A stretch of DNA of 64,000 nucleotides from Vulcanimicrobiota bacterium (GTDB lineage: Bacteria; Vulcanimicrobiota; Vulcanimicrobiia; Vulcanimicrobiales; Vulcanimicrobiaceae). This document shows positions 40,101-49,762 of this stretch, piece by piece (within the stretch, counting starts at the first letter, position 1; each line of letters begins with the position of its first letter). A model generated the notes under the pieces. The model had not been told where the DNA came from. It did not search any database and was given only the letters and a program-made list of their open reading frames with translations. The stretch covers positions 288,001 to 352,000 of the forward strand of contig CAWETW010000003.1 in NCBI GenBank assembly GCA_963812155.1, read 5' to 3'. Both the position numbers and the translations under genes were made by a program.

Positions 40101-42128
40101 GCGCCGTCGTCATTCTCGTCATTTTCGCCGTCTTCGCGGCGTTGATGTACGCGCGCCGGCTGCCGGCAATTCTCGCGGTGCCGCTGATGGCCGTTGCGAT
40201 GGCGCTCGCCGCGGGCGTCGGCTTGGGACGAATCGGCACGATCGTCACGGGCGGCGCCGTTGCGCTCGCGCCGGTCTACGTGGCGGTCGTTTTCGGCGCA
40301 TTGCTCGGACGCGTGACGCTCGACACCGGCATCGCGCGCGCGATCGTCAACCTGGCGGCGGAATACGGCGGGGAGCGGCCGTTCGCACTCGCGCTGGCGA
40401 TGTGCGCGGTCGTGGCGCTGCTGTTCGTCTCGCTGCAGGGCCTCGGGGCGATTATCATGGTCGGCTCGATCGTACTTCCGATCATGATGACGACCGGCGT
40501 ACCGAGAACGATCGCCGCGACGCTCTTTCTCATGGCGTTTGCGCTCGGCTTTATTTTCAACATCGCGAACTGGACGTTCTATACGAAGTTCTTCGGCGTG
40601 ACGCCGGAACATCTCGTACGCTACGCGATCGTGCTCGCAATCGTCGACGCCGTCGCACTCGTCGTCTACGCCGCCGTCGCGTTCCGGCGCGAACGCGGAT
40701 ATGCGACGTGGGCGGTGCGCGCGACGGGCGACGACGGCGAAACGCGGGGCGTGCCGGCCGTCGCGATGCTGGCGCCGGTGCTTCCCATCGTCTTGTACTA
40801 CGCGTTGCATCTCGAAGCCGCGCCCGCGTTCTTGCTGTCGGCGATCTTCGCCGTGCTGGTGACGCGCCCGCGCGACGCGGTGCAGACGCTGATTGCGGCG
40901 GCGGTGCGCGGGGTCGAAGACGTGGCGCCCGCCGTGCTGCTCTTCATGGGCATCGGCATGCTGCTCGTTGCAACGCAGCAGCCGCAGTTCGCCGCCGCGC
41001 TGGCGCCGCTCGCACACGGCGGCTGGGTGCGCAATCCGATTGCCTACGTCGCCGTCTTCGGATTGGCGAGCCCGCTGGTGCTCTATCGCGGGCCGCTCAA
41101 TCCGTTCGGCGTCGGCATCGCGATCTTTACGGTGCTGCTTGCGTCGAACGCGGTGCCGCCCGTCATACTCGTCGCAGCGTCATGGCGGTCGTCCAAGTGC
41201 AGAACGTCTGCGACCCGACCAATACGGCCAACGTTTGGGTGGCGAACTTCACCGGCGTGCCGATCGACGCAATCACCAAGCGGACGCTGCCGTTTCAAGC
41301 CGCGGTGGCGACCGTGGCGACCCTCGCCGTCGCGTTCGCGTCGCCGTCACTCTTCGGGTTGCACGCGTTTGCCGCAACGATGCCGCAAGCGCGCGCCGAC
41401 GTCGCGGCGCCGGCCGCAGCGGCCGGATTCTACGCGTCCGCCGCGGCGCGCGGACGCATCGCCGTGACGCACGACGCGACGGCACTCTCGGCGCGCGGCG
41501 GCCGAAGCCGTCGCCGGCGCGCTCGACGGCGCGCAATGGCGCGCGTTCATGACGGGCGACGATCCGAACGCAACCGATTGCGCGAACAAAGACTACGCTG
41601 CGTCGCTCCACGTGACGACCTCGTCGTTTTCGCTGGTCGAGGGGACGGATTTCGACGTCGGGTTGCGGCTCGAAGATTGCGGCGGCTGGGTCGTCGACGA
41701 ATGGCACGACCATCGCGTCGTTCGCGCAGGCGCCCACGGAGTCCGACGCGCGCGCGCTCGCGCTCGAAGGCGTCGCGCGGTTGCGCGCCTGGGCCACGGC
41801 GCAGCCGGTACGCAGCGCGAATCTCTGTTGCGTCCGGCGTCGCAGCCGCGCCGCGCGATCCGCCCACCTACTTCTTACGCACTCTTCAAAACCGTCGACG
41901 GACGAATGCGCGCCTACGTACGCGCCGGCGGACCGGCCTACGCGGCCGGCTTACGTACCGGTGACGTCGTCGACAAGCTCGACGGGAAATACTGGTGGGA
42001 GTACGGCACCTATCAAACGCAGCAGCGCGCCTACGACGGCAAACCGCACTCGTTCGAAATCGAACGCGGCGGCAAGACGCTCGACGTGCAGTTGGGAGCA
42101 CCCTTCGTGGCGGCAACCTGCGTCGTGA
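40097..42128 (+). CDS. Multi-TM transporter (IT/GntP/CitMHS-like) with probable C-terminal extracytoplasmic and PDZ-like domains; several frameshifts
   Basis: About 11 TM segments, YRGPLNPFG and CDPTNTANVW, then a soluble region and VRAGGPAYAAGLRTGDVVDKLDG across ORFs 40097, 40402 and 41549. Confidence 0.7.
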
Positions 42129-43539
42129 CCCTCGATCGATCCGCAGCTCGTCGCATCCTGCGAGCGCGACGAGCAGCGCGCCCTTGCCGAACTCAAGCGG
42201 CTCGATCGCCATACCGTCGGTCTCCGCCGATCCGGAACGACGTCGGTGACGTTCGCGCGCTGTTGCGACCGGTTGTCGAACGCATGCGCGACGTCGGGCT
42301 CGACGCGCGCAAGTGCTCGAGACCGGCGGCAATCCGCTCGCATACGGCGAGTGGCTCGGCGCACCCGGGAAGCCGACGGTGCTCGTCTACGGCCACTACG
42401 ACGTGCAGCCGGTCGATCCGCTCGAGCTGTGGCAGATCGCCGCCGTTCGAAGCGACGCGTGCGCGACGGAAAGATCTTCGGCCGCGGCACGGTCGACGAC
42501 AAGGGCCAAGTGCTGATGCATCTCGCCGCCGATCGAAGCGCACATGCGCGCGCGCGGAGCGCTTGCCGATCAACGTGAAGGTCGTGGTCGAAGGCGAGGA
42601 AGAGATCGGCTCGCCGAACTTCGATGCGGCCGTCGAGCGCTATCGCGAGCGAATTTCGCGGCCGATCGTCGCGGTCATTTCCGACACGGCCGTCTATGCC
42701 GAAGACGTGCCGTCGCTCACGACGTCGCTGCGCGGCCTGGTGCATTGGGAAATTACGGTCGCACGGTCCGGCGCGACGACGCTTCACTCGGGGTACTTCG
42801 GCGGCGTCGTGCGCAATCCGATCGAGGCGCTTGCGGCGATTCGTTACATCGCTCAAAGACGACGACGGACGGGTCACCGTGCCGGGATTCTACGACGGCG
42901 TCCGCGAGCTCGAGGCCGAGCGCACCGCCGAACTTGCGGCGCTCGCGTACGACGAAGCGCGCGAAGCGGCGAAGCTCGGCGTGCCGCGAACTCGCCGGCG
43001 AACGCGGTCGTCTCGCGCTCGAGCGGATGTGGTTTCGCCCGACGCTCGAATGCAACGGAATCTGGGGTGGCTACAGCGGGCCCGGAAGTAAGACGATCGT
43101 GCCGTCGTTTGCGAAGGCGAAGCTCTCGGCGCGGCTCGTCGGCGAGCAAGATCCGCAGCACGTGCGGCGCATCGTGACGGAGTTCGTCGAACGCAACGCG
43201 CCGCCGGCGTGCGCGTGCGCGTGACCGAGCGGGGGTGCGTGCGGCCGATCGTCGTCGAGCGCGACCATCCGGCGGTTGCCGCCGCGGCGCGCGCGATGGA
43301 AGCGGGGTTCGGCAAGCGCGCCGGTCTTCATCGGCACGGGCGGATCGATCGGTCCGGTCGCGACGTTCGACCGCGTGCTTGCGTCTCCCGCAGGTGCTGA
43401 TCGGGCTCGGACTTCCCGACGATCAACATCCACGCGCCCAACGAAAAGTTCTAGCCTCGGGCAGTTCTTCGGCGGCATCAAGACGATCGCGGCGTTCTAC
43501 GACGAACTGGCGAAGACGCTTCCCGCTGCCGATGGCTGA
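42125..43539 (+). CDS. M20 dipeptidase (DapE/ArgE family), heavily frameshifted
   Basis: [53 protein letters not shown] and NIHAPNEK occur in alternating frames. Confidence 0.88.
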
Positions 43540-44294
43540 GCGGACTTCGTTCGACCGAACGGTTCAGCGACCGTGCCGCAGCCTATGCCGCGTCATCGTC
43601 CGTCGTATCCGGCCGGAGGCGATCGATGCCGTGTTCGACGGGCTGGGCGATCCGAGCGGCGCTGGTCGTCGCCGACGTCGGCGCCGGCACCGGAATTTCG
43701 TGCGCGGCTCTTCGCGGATCGCGGCGCAACGGTGTTCGCAATCGAGCCGAACGCCGAAATGCGCCAAGCCGCCGCACCGCACCCGCGCGTGACGTGGCAC
43801 GACGGCACCGCCGAGCGACCGGTCTGGCGCGGCAAGAGCGTCGACGTCGTGGTCGCGTGCCAAGCCTTCCACTGGTTCGCAACGCCTGAAGCGATGCGGG
43901 AGCTCGCGCGGATCGCCCGGCGGCGCATCGCCGTCGTACAATACGAACGCGACGAACGCGATCCGTTTACGAACGCGTACGGCGAGATCGTGCGCCGTAC
44001 GCAACCGACGATACCGAAACGTTGCGCGCGGCGGCCATTGGGGCGTTCGAGCGAACGCACCCGGAGCGCGTGTGGCGATGCGAGTTTCCGGCGCGGCAGA
44101 GCTTGACGATCGACGGCGTGCTCGGGCGCGCCGCGTCCTCGTCGTACGTTCCCCACGACGGACCGGCGCACCAAGCGTTGGAACGGGATTTGCGCGACGC
44201 GTACGCGCGTCACGAACGCGACGGCGCCGTCGCGTTGGCGATGGTGACCTACGTTCTCGGGGCAGATCTCGACGCGGGCACGGAACGGCAGTGA
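43532..44294 (+). CDS. Class I SAM methyltransferase, frameshifted
   Basis: RPSYP, VADVGAGTGIS, AIEPNAEMR, QAFHWF and SSSYVP occur in different frames. Confidence 0.85.
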
Positions 44295-46437
44295 GCGGAC
44301 TGCGCATCGGCATCGACGTCGGCGGCACGTTCACCGACGTCGTTGCGATCGATGCCGGCACGCGCGCGCTTAAGGCGCCGTCAAGGTTCCGACGACGCAC
44401 GCCGCGGCCGACGGCGTCGCCGCCGGGATCGTCGCCGGTATCGAACGGTTGTTCGCAGAGCGCCGGCCTCGCAAGCGAAGACGTCGCGTTCATCGCGCAC
44501 TCGACGACGCAAGCCACCAACGCGCTGCTCGAAGGCGACGTCGCGCGCGTCGGCGTGATCGGGCTGCTGCGCCGCAACGGCTGGCTCGCGCGGCGCCACA
44601 TGCGGTTCGGTGACGTGACGCTGGCGCCGGGTTCGAAACTCGACGCCTCGTTTCGCTTCGCCGCGGCCGGCGACGAGAACGCCGATTCGCAGCGCGGTCG
44701 ACGCCGCCATCGCAGACGGCGTCGCGCGCGATCGCCGCGAGCGAAGCGTTCGGCGTCGATCGTCCGCGCGCGGAGTCGTTGCCGCCGAGTATGCCCGCGA
44801 GTCGCGGCGTCGACGCGACGAGCGGCCACGACGTCAGCTCGACGTACGGCTTGCGCGCGCGCACGCGAACGGCCGCGCTCAACGCGGCGATGCTTCCGGC
44901 GATGGTGCGTACGGCGCGCATGACGCTGGACGCGGTCGAACGCACCGCGATCCCCGCTCCGTTGATGATCATGCGCAGCGACGGCGGCGTGATGGACGTT
45001 CGCGAGATCGAGCGGCGGCCGATTCTGACGCTGCTGTCCGGGCCGGCGGCCGGTGTCGCCGGTGCGCTGCTGTACGAGAATGTCAGCGACGGCATCTTCG
45101 TCGAAGTCGGCGGAACGAGTTCGGATTGCTCGGCGATTCGCGCCGGACGGCCGCAGATGCGGCCGGCGCGCATCGGCGGACATCGCACGATGCTGCACAC
45201 GCTCGACGTCCGCACGATCGGCATCGCCGGCGGAAGCATGGTGCGCCTCGGCAACGGGGGCATTGCCGACGTCGGACCGCGCAGCGCGCACATCGCCGGA
45301 TGCGCGTACGCCTGCTTCACCGATGAAGCGACGATCGCGAACGCACGCCTCGAAACGATCGCGCCGACGCCGCACGATCCCGCCGATTACGTCGCGTTCG
45401 TCGCCGGCGACGGCACGCGCATCGCGTTGACGACGACGTGCGCGGCCAACGCGCTCGGCAATCGTGCCCGAACGGCGCCTTCGCGCGCGGCAACGGTGCG
45501 AGCGCGCTGCGCGCCTTCCGAATGCTCGCGCGAACGAAACGGCGGCGATGCGGCAGTCGCTGGCCCGCGCGGTGCTCGAGATTGCAGCCGCGCAAACTTC
45601 GCGCGATCATCGACGAACTCATCGCCGACTACGACCTCGAGCGAAGGGCACGTCGTCGTCGTCGGCGGAGGCGGCGGCGCGGGTGCGCTCGTCCCGTTCA
45701 CCGCGGAGAGCATGCGCGTGCCGTATCGCATCGCGCGCGACGCGGAAGTGATCTCGCCGGTCGGCGTGGCTCTGGCGCTCGTGCGCGACGTCGTCGAGCG
45801 CACGATCGCGTCGCCGACGCCCAGCGACATCGCGCGCATGCGGCGCGAGGCGACGGATCGCGTCGTCGCAGCGGGCGCCGCGATCGACCGCGTCGAGGTG
45901 ACGGTCGAAATCGATCCGCGGCGCAATCGGGTACGCGCCACTGCATCCGGGGCGACCGCGCTCGCCGACGCCGTCGATGCGACGCCGTGCGACGAGACCG
46001 CCCGCCGCCGGGCGGCGGCGCACTCGCTGCAGTGCGAGCCCGCGGAGTTGGAGCGCGTCGAACTGACGGCGCCGTTGGCCGCCTACCTGCGCCGGCTGCG
46101 AATTCGCCGTTCGTTCGGTCGAGAGCGCGAGATCGCCGATCTGCGCATCGTCGACGAGCGGGGGGTCGTGCGGTTGGCATTGCGCGACGCCGCAATTCTC
46201 GCCACATCGGCCGGCGATGCGGAAAGCGCCGTGCGCGGCGCGGTCGAGCGCGCGACGCGTTTCGGCGACGTCGGGCGGGCGCTCCCGGCGCTGCACCTCG
46301 TCCGGCGGGCGCGCATCGCCACGTTCGACGGATTCGCCGACGCGGAGCAAGCCATCGCGTTGGCGGCGCAAGAACTCGAGGGCTGCGACCCGGACGAGCG
46401 GGTCGCGATTCTAACGACCGCCGCGACGGCAGCGTAA
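44291..46437 (+). CDS. Hydantoinase/oxoprolinase (HyuA-like) family ATPase, frameshifted
   Basis: RIGIDVGGTFTD, HSTTQATNALLEG, IMRSDGGVM, LLSGPAAGVAG and EVGGTSSD. Confidence 0.88.
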
Positions 46438-46454
46438 CCATCGAACGCGGCCCT

Positions 46455-46480
46455 GTTTAGCCGGTGTGAGACTGCGGTAT
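46455..46480 (+). promoter_or_regulatory. SigB/SigF-like promoter GTTTA-N15-CGGTAT
   Basis: Upstream of the DUF6496-like gene. Confidence 0.55.
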
Positions 46481-46523
46481 CAGCGAAATAACGCTGTCTC
46501 GCACAAGGGGGATTCCTCAAGAT

Positions 46524-46913
46524 ATGGCGGCACGCAAAACGTCCTCGGGGCGCAAGAAATCTTCCGGACGCAAGAAATCGGCCGGGCGGAAAACGACCGC
46601 TCGTACCTCGTCGTCCTCGCGGAAGAAGACCGGCGGCCGGAAGAAGTCGTCGAACGGCCGTAAGAATACGTCGAACGGCCGCAAGAAGTCGTCGAACGGC
46701 CGCAAGAAGTCGTCGAACGGACGTAAGAAATCGACGCGGAAGTATTCGCGCAAATCCGGCCGCAAGGTCGAGCGGGCGATGCACGAAATGAAAGAGGGAA
46801 AATTGAAATCGGGTCGCTCCGGCAAAAAGGTCAAGAGCCGGAAGCAGGCGATAGCGATCGGCCTGAGCGAGGCCCGTCGTGAGGGCGATAAAGTTCCGGA
46901 CAAGAAGGGGTAG
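46524..46913 (+). CDS. DUF6496-like protein with histone-like Lys/Arg/Ser N-terminus
   Basis: KVERAMHEMKEGKLKSGRSGKKVKSRKQAIAIGLSEAR, preceded by RKKSSNG repeats. Confidence 0.88.
   Translation: MAARKTSSGRKKSSGRKKSAGRKTTARTSSSSRKKTGGRKKSSNGRKNTSNGRKKSSNGRKKSSNGRKKSTRKYSRKSGRKVERAMHEMKEGKLKSGRSGKKVKSRKQAIAIGLSEARREGDKVPDKKG
46638..46736 (+). repeat. About 4.7 tandem 21-bp repeats encoding RKKSSNG
   Basis: CGNAAGAAGTCGTCGAACGGC units at 46638, 46659, 46680, 46701 and a partial unit at 46722. Confidence 0.9.
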
Positions 46914-46919
46914 CAAGAG

Positions 46920-46948
46920 GTAAGGGGCCGGTCGATCCGGCCCCTTAC
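46920..46948. terminator. Hairpin between convergent genes
   Basis: GTAAGGGGCCGG-TCGAT-CCGGCCCCTTAC. Confidence 0.75.
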
Positions 46949-46955
46949 GTTTACG

Positions 46956-47531
46956 TTATCGCCGAGCCGGCGAGGCCTGTAAGCGCTCTTTTTCAGCGGC
47001 CATCTCTTGGCCGCACTCTTCGAGTTCGTCGCGGCTCATGAACTTGCGCGCGAGTTTGAAGATCGTCGACTCCTCTTCCTTGACGTGGTGTTTCACCGAC
47101 TCGCCGAGCACTTGCAGCTCGGCCTTGAACTTTTCGTCGGGGCCTTTCTCGGATTTGAGCAGCGCCAGCAAGTGTTTGATGACGTCGTGCTCGGTGTAGG
47201 CTTCGAAGACGTCGGTCAACTGTTCGTCGTCCTCGCTACGGTCGCGCAACTCCGGATAGAACAGATCTTCTTCGATCTTCGCGTGCACGGTGAGGGCGTC
47301 GGCCATCGAGCGGGCCAGTTCGCGCAGCCGCTCGTCGCCGGGCTCGCAATCGGGAATTTCGTCGATCATCGCGCCGACCGTTTCGTGGTCGCGGTGCAGT
47401 AAGGAGAGCACGTCGGTGGGTTGCGATCCGCGCTTCGACGCCTGACGCGCGGGCGCTTTGCGCGCGGGTGCTTTCTTTCGGGCCGCCGTCGTCGCGGTTC
47501 GGGTCTTGCCGTTTCGGGAGCGAGTGGGCAT
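46956..47531 (-). CDS. Hemerythrin-like (HHE) domain protein with basic N-tail
   Basis: DHETV, HAKIEEDLFYP, EHDVIK and HHVKEEE. Confidence 0.9.
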   Translation of the reverse strand: MPTRSRNGKTRTATTAARKKAPARKAPARQASKRGSQPTDVLSLLHRDHETVGAMIDEIPDCEPGDERLRELARSMADALTVHAKIEEDLFYPELRDRSEDDEQLTDVFEAYTEHDVIKHLLALLKSEKGPDEKFKAELQVLGESVKHHVKEEESTIFKLARKFMSRDELEECGQEMAAEKERLQASPARR

Positions 47532-47548
47532 GGTGCGGTGGTTACCTC

Positions 47549-48109
47549 CTAGTGGTGTTTCTTGTCGAAAGCTTTGATGCCGTCGTGAACGGCGTGGATC
47601 GCTTGCTTGCGCGATTTCGTACCCTCGAACTCGATCTTGTTACCCTCGGACTCGGAGTACTCAACGAGATAGCGGCAGATACTCTTGACGGTGTCGGCCG
47701 GCACGTCGTCGATGTCTTTGAAGCCGTCGGTAAATTGCGTCAACCCGTCCTGGCGCATCGGTCGCGCGATGATGCGATCGTTTTCGACGCCGTTCTTTTT
47801 AAGGTTGACGATGCCGAGCACGCGGGCTTGGACGAGACAGCCGGTGAAGGTCGGCTCCGAACCCAGGAAGAGCACGTCGAGCGGGTCGCCGTCGTCGGCG
47901 AGCGTTCGTGGAATAAAGCCGTAGTCGTAGGGCCACAGCAGGCCGTCGGGCAGCAGCAGTTTCTGCTGAAAAAGTCCGAACTCGGAGACGAACGCGTACT
48001 TCTGGCGCTGGTTTCTCGGCGTCTCGACGATCGCGTTTACGACGTCCTTTTCGTCATCGTGGAACGCGGGGATATTGTCGAAGTGCGTAGGATTGATGCG
48101 TTGCTTCAC
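47549..48109 (-). CDS. ppa: Family I inorganic pyrophosphatase
   Basis: IVETPR...KY and PYDYGFIPRTLADDGDPLDVL; GTG 48109. Confidence 0.9.
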   Translation of the reverse strand: MKQRINPTHFDNIPAFHDDEKDVVNAIVETPRNQRQKYAFVSEFGLFQQKLLLPDGLLWPYDYGFIPRTLADDGDPLDVLFLGSEPTFTGCLVQARVLGIVNLKKNGVENDRIIARPMRQDGLTQFTDGFKDIDDVPADTVKSICRYLVEYSESEGNKIEFEGTKSRKQAIHAVHDGIKAFDKKHH

Positions 48110-48120
48110 TGCCGTGCACG

Positions 48121-48187
48121 GTACCCGGGCGCCAGCCCCGGTAAACGTTCGAACGGGCGACGTTTTGCTCTTCGGAAGCACGGGTAA
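48121..48187. promoter_or_regulatory. Back-to-back SigB/SigF-like promoters for ppa and the NRAMP gene
   Basis: Minus strand GTTTA (48146-48142)-N15-GGGTAC (48126-48121); plus strand GTTTT (48162)-N15-GGGTAA (48182). Confidence 0.72.
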
Positions 48188-48197
48188 GCCGAGGGTC

Positions 48198-49502
48198 GTG
48201 AGCGCTCGCGATAACCGCGCTTCGCAACGCAAAGGCGTAGCGGCGCGGCTCTTCGGTTTCTTCAAGGTACTCGGGCCCGGCCTCATCACCGGGGCAGCCG
48301 ACGACGACCCGTCGGGAATCTCCACCTATTCGGTGGCGGGCGCGTCGACGGGCTTTTCGCTGCTCTGGCTGACGCTGATTTCGACGCCGATGATGGCGGT
48401 GATTCAGGGAATGTGCGCCCGGATCGCAATGGTGTCGGGGGTCGGCCTGGCCGCCGTCATGCGCAAGCGGTTACCGCTTGCGGTCGCCTACGCTCTCGCG
48501 ATCGTCGTCGTCGCCGCGAACACGTTCAACGTCGGCGCCGACTTGGGCGGCATGTCGGCGGCACTGGCGATGGTGACGCCGATCCCGGCCGGTGCCGCGG
48601 TCTTCATCTTCGGGATCTTACTGATCGCCGCGCAACTCTGGCTCTCGTATGCGACGATCGCCCGCATCTTCAAATGGCTGACGCTAACGCTGTTCGCCTA
48701 CGTCGTGACGGCGTTCGTCGTCCGGCCGCCCTGGGGCGAGGTGTTGAAGCACTTCGCCGTTCCCCACATCACTTTGAACGGCGCCACGCTCGCGACGATG
48801 GTCGGCGTCCTCGGAACGACCATCACGCCCTACCTCTTCTTTTGGCAAGCGTCGCTGATGGTCGAAGAAGAGAAGACCGAAGGAAAAACGTCGGTGGCGC
48901 AGCGCCGGGGAACCGACGAACCGGCGGTGCGCGCAATGCACGCCGACGTCAACGCCGGCATGATTTTCTCGAACGTCGTCGCCTTTTTCATCATCGTCAC
49001 GACGGCGGCGACGCTCGGGATGCACGGCAGGCACGACATCGCGACGGCGCAACAGGCGGCCGAGGCGCTGCGCCCGCTGGCCGGCAAGTTTGCGGCGCTG
49101 CTTTTTACCCTCGGCATGATCGGGACCGGCGTGTTGGCCGTGCCCGTGCTTGCGGGATCGTCGGCGTACGTCGTCGCCCAGACGTTCAAACTCCGCGAGG
49201 GGTTGAACGAGAAGCCGCAGCGCGCGCCCGAGTTTTATGGCGTCATTGTGGCGGGCATTCTCATCGGCATCGCGATGAATCTCGTCCACATCGACGCGAT
49301 CAAGGCGCTGTTTTGGTCGGCCGTGCTCAATGGCGTGGCGGCCGTGCCCATCATTGCGGTGATCGTCCTGCTCGCGTCGGATGCAAACGTCATGGGCGAA
49401 TGGCGCAGTTCGCCGTTGGCCCGGGTCTGGGGCTGGGCGACGGTCGCTTTGATGGGTGTCGCGACGCTGGCGATGTTCTACTTTTCGGCAAAGGGAACGT
49501 GA
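48198..49502 (+). CDS. NRAMP-family divalent metal transporter
   Basis: LGPGLITGAADDDPSGISTYS and GTTITPYLFFWQ; GTG 48198. Confidence 0.92.
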   Translation: MSARDNRASQRKGVAARLFGFFKVLGPGLITGAADDDPSGISTYSVAGASTGFSLLWLTLISTPMMAVIQGMCARIAMVSGVGLAAVMRKRLPLAVAYALAIVVVAANTFNVGADLGGMSAALAMVTPIPAGAAVFIFGILLIAAQLWLSYATIARIFKWLTLTLFAYVVTAFVVRPPWGEVLKHFAVPHITLNGATLATMVGVLGTTITPYLFFWQASLMVEEEKTEGKTSVAQRRGTDEPAVRAMHADVNAGMIFSNVVAFFIIVTTAATLGMHGRHDIATAQQAAEALRPLAGKFAALLFTLGMIGTGVLAVPVLAGSSAYVVAQTFKLREGLNEKPQRAPEFYGVIVAGILIGIAMNLVHIDAIKALFWSAVLNGVAAVPIIAVIVLLASDANVMGEWRSSPLARVWGWATVALMGVATLAMFYFSAKGT

Positions 49503-49504
49503 CT

Positions 49505-49530
49505 GATTCGACCGTTCGCCGTGTGGGTAA
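49505..49530 (+). promoter_or_regulatory. SigB/SigF-like promoter GATTC-N15-GGGTAA
   Basis: Upstream of the small membrane protein gene. Confidence 0.5.
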
Positions 49531-49574
49531 AGAAGCGCCAACTCGTTCCGTTGGTTTAAATGGAGGCATCCAAC

Positions 49575-49736
49575 ATGGTAGGCATTCTCTGGGCGATCAT
49601 CGTGATCTGCTTCGTTCTGTGGCTCCTCGGTTTTCTGGCGTTCCACATCGGTGGCGGCCTGATCCACATCCTTTTGGTGGTCGCGCTCGTGCTGTTGGTG
49701 GTCAACCTTCTCACGGGCCGAGGCGCGCGCATCTAG
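49575..49736 (+). CDS. lmo0937/DUF5670-like 53-aa membrane protein
   Basis: Below the ORF-track cutoff. RBS GGAGG; MVGILWAIIVICFVLWLLGFLAFHIGGGLIHILLVVALVLLVVNLLTGRGARI. Confidence 0.88.
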   Translation: MVGILWAIIVICFVLWLLGFLAFHIGGGLIHILLVVALVLLVVNLLTGRGARI

Positions 49737-49762
49737 GAAATCGCTAGAGACACGACACGAGT

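Noticed and set aside
46638..46736. 21-bp repeats as a CRISPR array
   Set aside because: They are tandem with no spacers, in frame within a CDS, and no cas genes are present.
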